This document shows positions 55,909-64,000 of a stretch of 64,000 bases of DNA, one piece after another. Below the pieces are notes generated by a model. The model made no database searches. It worked only from the letters and a program-made list of their open reading frames with translations, and had not been told where the DNA came from. Numbering within the stretch: position 1 is the first letter of the stretch; every line of letters starts with the position of its first letter. A program made the position numbers and the translations under genes. Origin of the DNA: an uncultured Streptococcus sp. (lineage in GTDB: Bacteria > Bacillota > Bacilli > Lactobacillales > Streptococcaceae); assembly GCA_963528105.1 (NCBI GenBank), contig CAURUY010000004.1, forward strand, positions 6,331 to 70,330, in the 5' to 3' direction.

Positions 55909-56898
55909 ATGACACCCAACTATAAAATAACAGAAGAAATATTGAATCTCGTTCAGAAGATTTCTGAGTTGGCGACTCAACTTTCTTTCGAAACGAGGGA
56001 ACTACACCTACGAAAGGAAAATCGTATTCGCTCCATTCAGTCTTCCCTTGCCATTGAAAATAATAGTCTTTCTTTGGAGCAGGTGACAGATGTCATAGAG
56101 GGGAAAAGAGTTCTAGGCCCTCTTAAGGATATCCATGAAGTCCAAAATGCTTATGAAGCTTATGAGAAGGTTTTTCGCTTAAATCCATATAGTATAGATG
56201 ATTTTTTATTGGCTCATCGATTGCTGACCCATGATTTGGTCAAGCATCCAGGACAGTTTCGTATAGGAGATGTGGGTGTTTTTGATGGAGCAGGGAAAGT
56301 TGTTCACCTTGGAGCGAGACCCCAGTTTGTTCCTAATCTGGTATCGGACTTATTTTCTTGGGCTGAGTCCAGCCATATATCTGATATTGTCAAATCTTGT
56401 ATCGTGCATTTTGAATTAGAAATTATTCATCCTTTTGAGGATGGGAACGGTCGTATGGGTCGGATGTGGCAGAGCCTAATTTTGAGTAGATGGAATCCTT
56501 TATTTGAGTGGCTTCCTGTCGAGTCTGTTATTTACCGACATCAGTCAGGATATTACCAAGCCTTAACTGATAGTAATGAAGCCAATGATTCTACTAGATT
56601 TATTCAATTTATGCTTGAAGCGATTTTAGAAACCTTGCTGGATTATAGTCAGCAAAAAATTGATAGTAGGAACAAGTCAGTTAAATTGTATTTGAAACCA
56701 CGTGAGCTAGCTATTTTTGAAAAAATAGAGTCTTATCTCGAAGAGAATTATCAGATAACAAATGCAGTTGCACAAGAACTAACAGGTTTAAGTGCGGCAA
56801 CCATGCGTCGTTATCTCCAACTATTTGTAAATCAAGGTTTGTTAGAAAAATCAGGAACTACAAAAAACACTATCTATTCGCTCATATTCCGCTCATAA
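55909..56898 (+). CDS. Fic-domain protein with internal inhibitory motif and C-terminal HTH
   Basis: HPFEDGNGRMGR catalytic motif; N-terminal SLAIEN matches (S/T)xxxE(G/N). Confidence 0.9.
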   Translation: MTPNYKITEEILNLVQKISELATQLSFETRELHLRKENRIRSIQSSLAIENNSLSLEQVTDVIEGKRVLGPLKDIHEVQNAYEAYEKVFRLNPYSIDDFLLAHRLLTHDLVKHPGQFRIGDVGVFDGAGKVVHLGARPQFVPNLVSDLFSWAESSHISDIVKSCIVHFELEIIHPFEDGNGRMGRMWQSLILSRWNPLFEWLPVESVIYRHQSGYYQALTDSNEANDSTRFIQFMLEAILETLLDYSQQKIDSRNKSVKLYLKPRELAIFEKIESYLEENYQITNAVAQELTGLSAATMRRYLQLFVNQGLLEKSGTTKNTIYSLIFRS

Positions 56899-56966
56899 TT
56901 CGCTCATTTTATAGATCTAACTTTGTTTCCGTATTTCCTGGGAACTAGTAGAAGTTAAGGAGAAAT

Positions 56967-57371
56967 ATGGAAAACAACAACCAACGTGCCCTTTGTCAAC
57001 AACTCTGGGCGGAAAAAAAATACCTTGTTTTGAGCCATTCCAGCAATATTTACAAGGATATTCGCCAGTATCTCAAGCAAGAAGTGGTGGAGCTGAGTCA
57101 GGTTCAAGAGATGATTGATCGTGCCTGCCAGATTCCAGAACACAGGGGTCAGGTATGCAATGCCTTTCAGCATATTTGGGGCTATTTTAAAAAGGAAGCC
57201 AGCCTTGACGAACGCAAAGACTATATACTCTTGCTGGATCGCTATCGCTTTGGCCAAGCTTCAAAGGAAGACTTGATTGCTAAGACGAGAGATTTGCTTG
57301 AACGTTACCCAAATGCTTATCTGCAACAATCTACTTTGTTGAAAGGAGACTCCCATGAGACTTTGGCATGA
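56967..57371 (+). CDS. DUF1722 (YbgA-like) protein
   Basis: LWAEKKYLVLSHS, NAFQHIWGYFKK, YLQQST. Confidence 0.7.
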   Translation: MENNNQRALCQQLWAEKKYLVLSHSSNIYKDIRQYLKQEVVELSQVQEMIDRACQIPEHRGQVCNAFQHIWGYFKKEASLDERKDYILLLDRYRFGQASKEDLIAKTRDLLERYPNAYLQQSTLLKGDSHETLA

Positions 57372-57723
57372 GGCTTTGATTTCACAACTTCCCCGTCCTC
57401 AGCTCTTGGGGCAACATCGAGAGTGTTGCGCTCTGCGTGGCAATGGCTGGGGCAGAAAGCATGCGACGGTGGACTATGCCTTTACCCACTCGCCTTATCG
57501 TCTCTATGCCTATCATCGCTTGATCATGGAGGAGATGGCGAGTCGTGGCTACAATGTCAGTCCAGAGTGGCTAGACAAGAACTACCGTGGCAAGACCTGC
57601 CCTCCTTATCAAGACTTAGTAGTGGAAAAGCTGAAAAGTCCAATCTATAGTGAGCATGATGCTGCCTACTATGAGGAGTGTCTGGCTAATCTCCGTGAGA
57701 AAGGCATAGAGCTGGAACAATAG
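57355..57723 (+). CDS. TIGR02328-family protein (pyrimidine-dimer DNA glycosylase-like)
   Basis: MRLWH...LPRPQLLGQHRECCALRG...EMASRGY. Confidence 0.75.
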   Translation: MRLWHEALISQLPRPQLLGQHRECCALRGNGWGRKHATVDYAFTHSPYRLYAYHRLIMEEMASRGYNVSPEWLDKNYRGKTCPPYQDLVVEKLKSPIYSEHDAAYYEECLANLREKGIELEQ

Positions 57724-57777
57724 TAAGGATTTTCTTAAATTTAGAACTCTTTTCGTATTTTTTCGAATAATAAAAAT

Positions 57778-57812
57778 GAGACCTTTAGAATTTTCTAAGG
57801 TCTTCTTTTTTT
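57778..57812 (+). terminator. Terminator after the TIGR02328 gene
   Basis: GAGACCTTTAGAA/TTCTAAGGTCTTC imperfect stem plus T7. Confidence 0.65.
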
Positions 57813-57823
57813 GAATATTTGGA

Positions 57824-57852
57824 TTTACTTTTAATAACTTTTAAGTTATAAT
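57824..57852 (+). promoter_or_regulatory. TA operon promoter with overlapping palindromic operator
   Basis: TTTACT-17-TATAAT; ATAACTT-TT-AAGTTAT inverted repeat at 57834-57849. Confidence 0.7.
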
Positions 57853-57874
57853 TGAATTGAAAAGAGGTTGCTTG

Positions 57875-58240
57875 GTGCACACGATTTACTTCTATAAGGA
57901 CAAAAATGGAAATGAGCCAGTCTTGGATTATATGAGAGAATTGGCTAGTCGTAAAAGTAAAGATAGTCGCATAAAACTCAATAAACTAAACGACTATATC
58001 GAGTTACTTAGTCAGCATGGGACTAGAGCTGGTGAACCCTATATTAAACATTTAGAAGATGAGATATGGGAGTTAAGACCTCTTCGGGATAGGATTTTAT
58101 TTGTAGCTTGGCTTGATGGGAGTTTTGTTCTTTTACATCATTTTGTTAAAAAGACTCAGAAAACCCCTAGGAGAGAGATTGATAAAGCCAAGCGTGAACT
58201 GAAGGACTTAAAAGAAAGAGGGTTAAGTGATGAAAAATAG
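57875..58240 (+). CDS. RelE/ParE-superfamily (HigB/Gp49-like) toxin
   Basis: [33 protein letters not shown]; toxin-first order; GTG start after AGAGG. Confidence 0.88.
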   Translation: MHTIYFYKDKNGNEPVLDYMRELASRKSKDSRIKLNKLNDYIELLSQHGTRAGEPYIKHLEDEIWELRPLRDRILFVAWLDGSFVLLHHFVKKTQKTPRREIDKAKRELKDLKERGLSDEK

Positions 58241-58523
58241 TGCTATTGGAAGTAACTGGAAGGATGTCCGGTCCCAACTCTTCACCAAGGAGGAAATCCT
58301 TGAAAGTGATATGCGGGTGGCAATCATGAGTGAATTGATTGAGGCTAGACGTGAGCAAGGAATTAGTCAGAAAAAGCTAGAAGAACTCAGTGGAGTGAGC
58401 CAGCCTGTTATTGCTAGGATGGAAACAGGTAAGACCAGTCCTCAGTTAGATACCGTCTTAAAAGTTTTAGCCAGTTTAGGAAAGACACTAGCAGTCGTTC
58501 CACTTGAACAGGAAAAAAGTTGA
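58230..58523 (+). CDS. XRE-HTH antitoxin (HigA-like)
   Basis: [29 protein letters not shown]; overlaps the toxin 3' end. Confidence 0.88.
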   Translation: MKNSAIGSNWKDVRSQLFTKEEILESDMRVAIMSELIEARREQGISQKKLEELSGVSQPVIARMETGKTSPQLDTVLKVLASLGKTLAVVPLEQEKS

Positions 58524-58633
58524 TTAAACTGACCTATAGTCTTTTCTAATAACAAGCCATAGTCAGTTCTCGGTTCACTATTATTTTGCGAAGAACATAG
58601 CAACCTTGAAAGGCTACTAATCTATATCTATCA

Positions 58634-58667
58634 AAGGATTTGGGGAATCTTCTCCAAATCTTTTTTT
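58634..58667 (+). terminator. Terminator after the TA operon
   Basis: AAGGATTTGGGGA-ATCT-TCTCCAAATCTTT plus T run. Confidence 0.75.
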
Positions 58668-58681
58668 GTCTTTTAAATCGA

Positions 58682-58702
58682 GATATAGTTTCAAACTATA
58701 TC
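58682..58702. promoter_or_regulatory. MET-box (MetR/MtaR LysR-type site) upstream of metE
   Basis: Perfect inverted repeat GATATAGTTT-C-AAACTATATC containing TATAGTTTCAAACTATA. Confidence 0.8.
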
Positions 58703-58782
58703 AAAGCCTAATTTTTTACAATTATACAGACAGTTTCTTTTCTGTTAAGATAGTTTCAATAACAATTTTTGGAGGACAAAAC

Positions 58783-61032
58783 ATGTCAACTACTATTATC
58801 GGTTTCCCTCGTTTGGGTGAATTCCGCGAATTAAAATTTACAACTGAAAAATACTTTAGAAAAGAAATCTCAGAAGAAGAACTCCTTGCAGCCGCAAAAG
58901 ACTTGCGTGCTAAACACTGGAACATTGTCAAAGAAAAAGGCATCACTGAAATCCCATCAAATGACTTTTCTCACTATGACAACTTCCTTGATGCTGCCTT
59001 CCTTTTCAACGTAGTTCCTGCATCTGTTCAAAACTTGGAATTGTCTGATCTTGAACGTTACTTTGCTTTGGGGCGTGGTTACCAAGGAGAAAAAGGGGAT
59101 GTCCGTGCCCTTCCAATGAAGAAATGGTTCAACACCAACTACCACTACATCGTTCCAAAATTTGAAAAAGACACTCAAGTAAAATTGGCTGGTCACAAGA
59201 TCTTTGATGAGTTCCAAGAAGCTAAAGAACTTGGCCTTAACACTCGTCCTGTGCTTGTAGGTCCATTCACATTCCTTCAATTGTCAGACTTTGAAGAAGG
59301 TGTTAAAGCAGAAGACTTCGTAGATAGCTTTGTAGCTGCTTACCAAGAAGTTTTTGCAAAATTGGCTGAACTTGGTGCGACTCGTATCCAACTCGATGAA
59401 GCTGCTCTTGTCAAAGACTTGACAGAAGAAGAAAAAGCCCTCTTCTTGAACATCTACAACAAGCTCTTGGCTGATAAAAAAGGTCTTGAAGTCTTGCTTC
59501 AAACTTACTTCGGTGACGTTCGTGACGTCTACGCTGACCTTGTGAAATTGCCAGTAGATGCCATCGGTCTTGACTTTGTTGAAGGTAAGAAAACTCTTGA
59601 ACTCGTTAAAGGTGGCTTCCCAGCTGACAAGACTCTTTATGCAGGTATTGTCAATGGTAAGAACATCTGGCGCAACAACTACGAAAAGAGCTTGGCTATT
59701 CTTGAGCAAATCCCAGCTGAAAACATCGTTTTGACTAGTTCATGCTCACTTCTTCATGTACCATTTACAACTGCTAATGAAGAATTTGAACCAGCTATCT
59801 TGAACCACTTTGCATTTGCAGTTGAAAAATTGGAAGAACTCTGTGAATTGGATGCTATCCGCAACGGTCAAGGTGCAGAAGCTCTTGCAGCAAACAAAGA
59901 ACTCTTTGCGACTGAACGTGTTGGTGAAAATGCAGAACTTCGTGCTCGTATCGCTGCTTTGACTGATGCAGATTATACTCGTTTGCCAGCCTTCGCAGAA
60001 CGTGAAGCTATCCAAGAAGAAGCATTCAAACTTCCACCTCTTCCAACAACAACCATCGGTTCATTCCCTCAAACCAAGGAAGTTCGTGCTAAACGTTTGG
60101 CCTTCCGCAAGGGTGAATTGTCTCAAGAAGAATATGATGCTTTCCTTGCTAAAACAATCGATGAATGGATCAAATGGCAAGAAGAAGTTGGATTTGACGT
60201 GCTTGTACACGGTGAATTCGAGCGTAATGACATGGTTGAGTACTTCGGTCAAAATTTGTCAGGTTACCTCTTCTCTAAGAATGGTTGGGTACAATCATAC
60301 GGTATGCGTGGGGTGAAACCACCAATCATCTGGGGTGATGTCACTCGTCTCAACCCAATCACTGTGAAATGGTCTAGCTACGCACAAAGCCGTACTGACA
60401 AACCTGTTAAAGGTATGTTGACTGGACCTGTTACCATCCTTAACTGGTCATTCCCACGTGAAGACATCTCTATCAAGGATTCTACTCTTCAAATCGCTCT
60501 TGCAATCAAGGATGAAGTTCTTGACCTTGAAGCTGCAGGCGTGAAAATCATCCAAATCGACGAGGCTGCTCTTCGTGAGAAATTGCCACTCCGTCGTAGC
60601 GACTGGTACGAAGACTACCTTGACTGGGCTATTCCAGCCTTCCGCTTGGTACACTCAACAGTAGCACCAGACACACAAATCCACACTCACATGTGTTACT
60701 CAGAATTTACAGATATCATCCCAGCTATCGACAACTTAGATGCAGACGTTATCTCATTTGAGGCTAGCCGTTCAAATCTTGAAATCTTGGACGAACTCAA
60801 AGCCAAAAACTTCCAAACAGAAGTTGGACCTGGGGTTTACGATATCCACTCACCTCGTGTGCCTAACGAAGGCGAAATCGACCACACCATCGAAGCCATC
60901 CTTGCTAAAGTTCCAAGCAAAAAAGTTTGGATTAACCCTGACTGTGGTTTGAAAACACGTGGTATTCCAGAAACGAAAGAAAGCTTGATCCGCCTTGTAG
61001 AAGCTGCCAAAGCTGCGCGTAAGAAATTGTAA
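58783..61032 (+). CDS. metE: Cobalamin-independent methionine synthase
   Basis: [42 protein letters not shown] 58783 after GGAGG. Confidence 0.97.
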   Translation: MSTTIIGFPRLGEFRELKFTTEKYFRKEISEEELLAAAKDLRAKHWNIVKEKGITEIPSNDFSHYDNFLDAAFLFNVVPASVQNLELSDLERYFALGRGYQGEKGDVRALPMKKWFNTNYHYIVPKFEKDTQVKLAGHKIFDEFQEAKELGLNTRPVLVGPFTFLQLSDFEEGVKAEDFVDSFVAAYQEVFAKLAELGATRIQLDEAALVKDLTEEEKALFLNIYNKLLADKKGLEVLLQTYFGDVRDVYADLVKLPVDAIGLDFVEGKKTLELVKGGFPADKTLYAGIVNGKNIWRNNYEKSLAILEQIPAENIVLTSSCSLLHVPFTTANEEFEPAILNHFAFAVEKLEELCELDAIRNGQGAEALAANKELFATERVGENAELRARIAALTDADYTRLPAFAEREAIQEEAFKLPPLPTTTIGSFPQTKEVRAKRLAFRKGELSQEEYDAFLAKTIDEWIKWQEEVGFDVLVHGEFERNDMVEYFGQNLSGYLFSKNGWVQSYGMRGVKPPIIWGDVTRLNPITVKWSSYAQSRTDKPVKGMLTGPVTILNWSFPREDISIKDSTLQIALAIKDEVLDLEAAGVKIIQIDEAALREKLPLRRSDWYEDYLDWAIPAFRLVHSTVAPDTQIHTHMCYSEFTDIIPAIDNLDADVISFEASRSNLEILDELKAKNFQTEVGPGVYDIHSPRVPNEGEIDHTIEAILAKVPSKKVWINPDCGLKTRGIPETKESLIRLVEAAKAARKKL

Positions 61033-61094
61033 GAAAAGACAGTTCTCCCTACTTGGTTGATCAGTAAGAAATCAACTAGAAAAGGTTATTACAT

Positions 61095-61955
61095 ATGTCG
61101 CGTCAAACACCGTCACTCTCATTTGAAGTTTTCCCTCCAAACCCAGCAGTAGGCAATGAAAAAATTATTGCAGCTCTAAAAGATATGCAGGGCTTGGCAC
61201 CACACTTCATCAGTGTAACTGCCAGCAATAATAAATTTAATATCAAAGAGACGACGGTTCGTTTGGCAGACTATATCCAAAATGACTTGGAGATTCCGAC
61301 CATTGCTCACTTACCAGCTATCTATTTGACTAAGGATAAGGTGGCTGAGACCATTGCGGATTTGGATAAAGTTGGGGTTCAGAAAATCTTGGCTCTTCGT
61401 GGAGATATCATTCCTGATGTGGAACCTCAAAAGGATTTTCGTTACGCCACAGACTTGATTGAGTTCATCAAGGAACAGGCTCCAAACTTTGATATCATTG
61501 GAGCTTGTTATCCAGAAGGACACCCTGATTCGCCAAACCAAATCTCAGATATCCAAAATCTCAAGAGAAAAGTGGATGCAGGCTGTTCAAGTCTTGTCAC
61601 TCAGCTTTTCTTTGACAATGAGCGTTTCTACGATTTCCAAGACAAATGTACATTGGCAGGGATTGATGTTCCTATTCATGCAGGGATCATGCCAATCCTG
61701 AATCGTAACCAAGCGCTTCGTCTATTGAAGACTTGTGAGAATATCCATCTCCCACGTAAGTTTAAGGCTATCTTGGACAAGTATGAAAATGACCCTGAGT
61801 CACTCAGAGCGGCAGGACTTGCCTATGCCGTGGACCAAATCGTAGACTTGGTAACGCAAGACGTAGCAGGCGTGCATCTCTACACCATGAACAACGCAGA
61901 CACTGCTCAGTACATTCACCAAGCAACCCATGCCTTGTTCAACCACCAACCTTAA
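61095..61955 (+). CDS. metF: 5,10-methylenetetrahydrofolate reductase
   Basis: SFEVFPP, LALRGD, ACYPEGHP, TQLFF, HLYTMN. Confidence 0.97.
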   Translation: MSRQTPSLSFEVFPPNPAVGNEKIIAALKDMQGLAPHFISVTASNNKFNIKETTVRLADYIQNDLEIPTIAHLPAIYLTKDKVAETIADLDKVGVQKILALRGDIIPDVEPQKDFRYATDLIEFIKEQAPNFDIIGACYPEGHPDSPNQISDIQNLKRKVDAGCSSLVTQLFFDNERFYDFQDKCTLAGIDVPIHAGIMPILNRNQALRLLKTCENIHLPRKFKAILDKYENDPESLRAAGLAYAVDQIVDLVTQDVAGVHLYTMNNADTAQYIHQATHALFNHQP

Positions 61956-61968
61956 AATAATAAAAAGC

Positions 61969-62006
61969 AAACCATTCTTCTTTTCATAGAGGAATGGTTC
62001 CTTTTT
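61969..62006 (+). terminator. Terminator after metF
   Basis: AACCATTCTTC...GAGGAATGGTT stem plus T run. Confidence 0.65.
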
Positions 62007-62038
62007 CATAGAAAAGACCGTACTTTTTAAGAAAAATA

Positions 62039-62499
62039 TGATAAAATAGACTCTGTACGTACTTGATACAAAGATGAGGGTATTTAGGTTGTAGAAGTTT
62101 GTTTAAAGTTGATTATTTTTAAAACAAAATCTGATAATGTGTGTCTCAAAAAACACGAACGGAGTGAGTATTTAAAAGATATTTCACGCTATCGTGGTAT
62201 CCTAGAGAATAACTCTGTTATTTTCTAGGACGGAATTTTTTAGACTTCAGGCTTAAAAATTAGGGATGAAATTACGCAGTAAGTTGCTCCCGTCCGCACT
62301 GTACCAGTGAAATATCAAAAAGATTCATAATTGAATTTTGGCCTCATTTCTTAGGAAAAAAGATAAGCTTCCTAGCACTCATCGAGTGCGGCGTCACCTT
62401 CCTATTTTTCTACAGAAATGTTCGGCAAGCCGAAACGTCCAAAATATCTTGATTTTTGTAGGCAAGGCGTATAATTTTATCAATCCAAAGGGGATTAAA
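62039..62499 (+). promoter_or_regulatory. pnp promoter and long structured 5' leader
   Basis: Extended -10 TGaTAAAAT at 62039-62047; long-range pairing of 62055-62085 with 62442-62472, plus nested hairpins. Confidence 0.6.
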
Positions 62500-64000
62500 A
62501 TGACAAAACATGTGTTTCAAACGACTTTTGCGGGTCGTGAGTTGATCGTAGAGACTGGTCAGGTTGCGAAGCAAGCAAATGGCTCTGTTGTCGTACGTTA
62601 CGGTGAGTCAACTGTCTTAACGGCAGCTGTCATGTCTAACAAAATGTCAACTGGGGATTTCTTCCCTCTTCAAGTCAACTACGAAGAAAAAATGTATGCA
62701 GCTGGGAAGTTTCCTGGTGGCTTTATGAAACGTGAAGGACGTCCTTCAACAGATGCGACTTTGACAGCGCGTTTGATTGACCGTCCAATCCGTCCAATGT
62801 TTGCGGAAGGTTTCCGTAATGAAGTGCAAGTGATTAACACGGTTCTTTCTTATGATGAAAATGCATCTGCACCAATGGCAGCTATGTTCGGTTCATCCTT
62901 GGCGCTTTCTATCTCAGATATTCCATTTGACGGACCAATCGCTGGGGTACAAGTAGGATATGTCGATGGGGAAATCATCATCAACCCAACTCAAGAGCAA
63001 GCAGAGCGCTCGCTTCTTGAATTGACAGTAGCAGGTACCAAGCATGCTATCAACATGGTAGAGTCTGGTGCCAAAGAATTGTCAGAAGAAATCATGTTGG
63101 AAGCTCTTCTTAAAGGACACGAAGCTGTCAAAGAATTGATTGCCTTCCAAGAAGAAATCGTTGCGGCAGTCGGTAAAGAAAAAGCAGAAGTAGAATTGCT
63201 TCATGTAGATGCTGCATTGCAAGCTGAAATTATCGCAGCCTACAATAGTGACCTTCAAAAAGCTGTTCAAGTTGAAGAAAAATTGGCGCGTGAAGCTGCA
63301 ACTCAAGCAGTGAAAGACCAAGTCATTGCTGCTTACGAAGAAAAATATGCAGACCACGAAGAATTTGACCGTATCATGCGTGATGTGGCTGAAATCTTGG
63401 AACAAATGGAACATGCAGAAGTGCGCCGTTTGATTACTGAAGACAAGGTTCGTCCTGACGGCCGTAAGGTTGATGAAATCCGTCCGTTGGATGCGCAAGT
63501 CGACTTCCTTCCTCGTGTGCACGGTTCAGGTCTATTCACTCGTGGACAAACTCAGGCCCTTTCTATCTTGACCTTGGCACCAATGGGTGAAACCCAAATC
63601 ATCGATGGTTTGAATCCAGAGTACAAGAAACGCTTCATGCACCACTATAACTTCCCTCAATACTCTGTAGGGGAAACGGGTCGTTATGGTGCGCCTGGTC
63701 GTCGTGAAATTGGTCACGGTGCTCTTGGTGAGCGTGCCCTTGCTCAAGTCTTGCCAAGCTTGGAAGAATTCCCATATGCTATTCGTCTGGTGGCGGAAGT
63801 CTTGGAATCAAATGGTTCTTCATCTCAAGCCTCTATCTGTGCGGGAACACTTGCTCTTATGGCTGGTGGTGTGCCAATCAAGGCTCCTGTAGCAGGTATT
63901 GCTATGGGTCTCATCTCAGATGGAAACAACTATACAGTATTGACAGATATCCAAGGTTTGGAAGACCACTTTGGAGATATGGACTTCAAGGTTGCAGGTA
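62500..64000 (+). CDS. pnp: Polyribonucleotide nucleotidyltransferase (runs off the window; absent from the ORF track)
   Basis: [76 protein letters not shown] in one frame. Confidence 0.97.
   Translation, partial: MTKHVFQTTFAGRELIVETGQVAKQANGSVVVRYGESTVLTAAVMSNKMSTGDFFPLQVNYEEKMYAAGKFPGGFMKREGRPSTDATLTARLIDRPIRPMFAEGFRNEVQVINTVLSYDENASAPMAAMFGSSLALSISDIPFDGPIAGVQVGYVDGEIIINPTQEQAERSLLELTVAGTKHAINMVESGAKELSEEIMLEALLKGHEAVKELIAFQEEIVAAVGKEKAEVELLHVDAALQAEIIAAYNSDLQKAVQVEEKLAREAATQAVKDQVIAAYEEKYADHEEFDRIMRDVAEILEQMEHAEVRRLITEDKVRPDGRKVDEIRPLDAQVDFLPRVHGSGLFTRGQTQALSILTLAPMGETQIIDGLNPEYKKRFMHHYNFPQYSVGETGRYGAPGRREIGHGALGERALAQVLPSLEEFPYAIRLVAEVLESNGSSSQASICAGTLALMAGGVPIKAPVAGIAMGLISDGNNYTVLTDIQGLEDHFGDMDFKVAG

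Noticed and set aside
57762..57769. ComX-box variant TTCGAATA after a T-rich tract
   Set aside because: One mismatch and immediately followed by a terminator hairpin, with no gene to drive
58527..58568. AACTGAC(C)TAT...ATAGTCAGTT hairpin and partial TATAGT motif after the antitoxin
   Set aside because: Imperfect stem with a large loop; does not complete a MET-box; no independent support for an sRNA

Overview
Core-chromosome segment of a mitis-group Streptococcus (judged from gene content and similarity to pneumococcal proteins), almost all on the + strand. Housekeeping content, in order: nadD-yqeK-isochorismatase-rsfS-methyltransferase-tmcAL, rny, gmk-rpoZ-priA-fmt-rsmB-phpP-stkP, a ThrE pair, mvaS-mvaA, the sucrose locus scrR/scrB/scrA/scrK, mntE and a yybP-ykoY riboswitch-controlled mgtA, def-yaaA, hom-thrB, msrAB, a heterodimeric ABC exporter, an amidohydrolase, frameshifted prfB-ftsE-ftsX, MFS and DedA-type genes, and at the right end metE-metF and the 5' part of pnp. 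An approximately 16 kb accessory defence hotspot lies at 42.6-58.5 kb, with no integrase or transposase visible. It carries a membrane-anchored SF2 helicase, a type I R-M operon (hsdR intact, hsdS mosaic, hsdM with one in-frame TAA), Fic, DUF1722/TIGR02328 and a HigBA-like toxin-antitoxin pair. The best candidate for an undescribed system is a very AT-rich two-gene cassette between hsdR and hsdS: a 2TM-macrodomain protein resembling the type II Thoeris effector ThsA, paired with an 896-aa protein made of a TIR-like (DUF4062-type) head on a long helical body rather than a short ThsB. This cargo and a second one (a HAD phosphatase) appear to travel with the two hsdS target-recognition domains. 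Other notable structure: an 18-bp direct repeat bracketing the isochorismatase gene, and an approximately 440-nt highly paired pnp leader. All family assignments come from motif recognition by eye, with no database searches. GC values are hand counts of single 60-nt lines.
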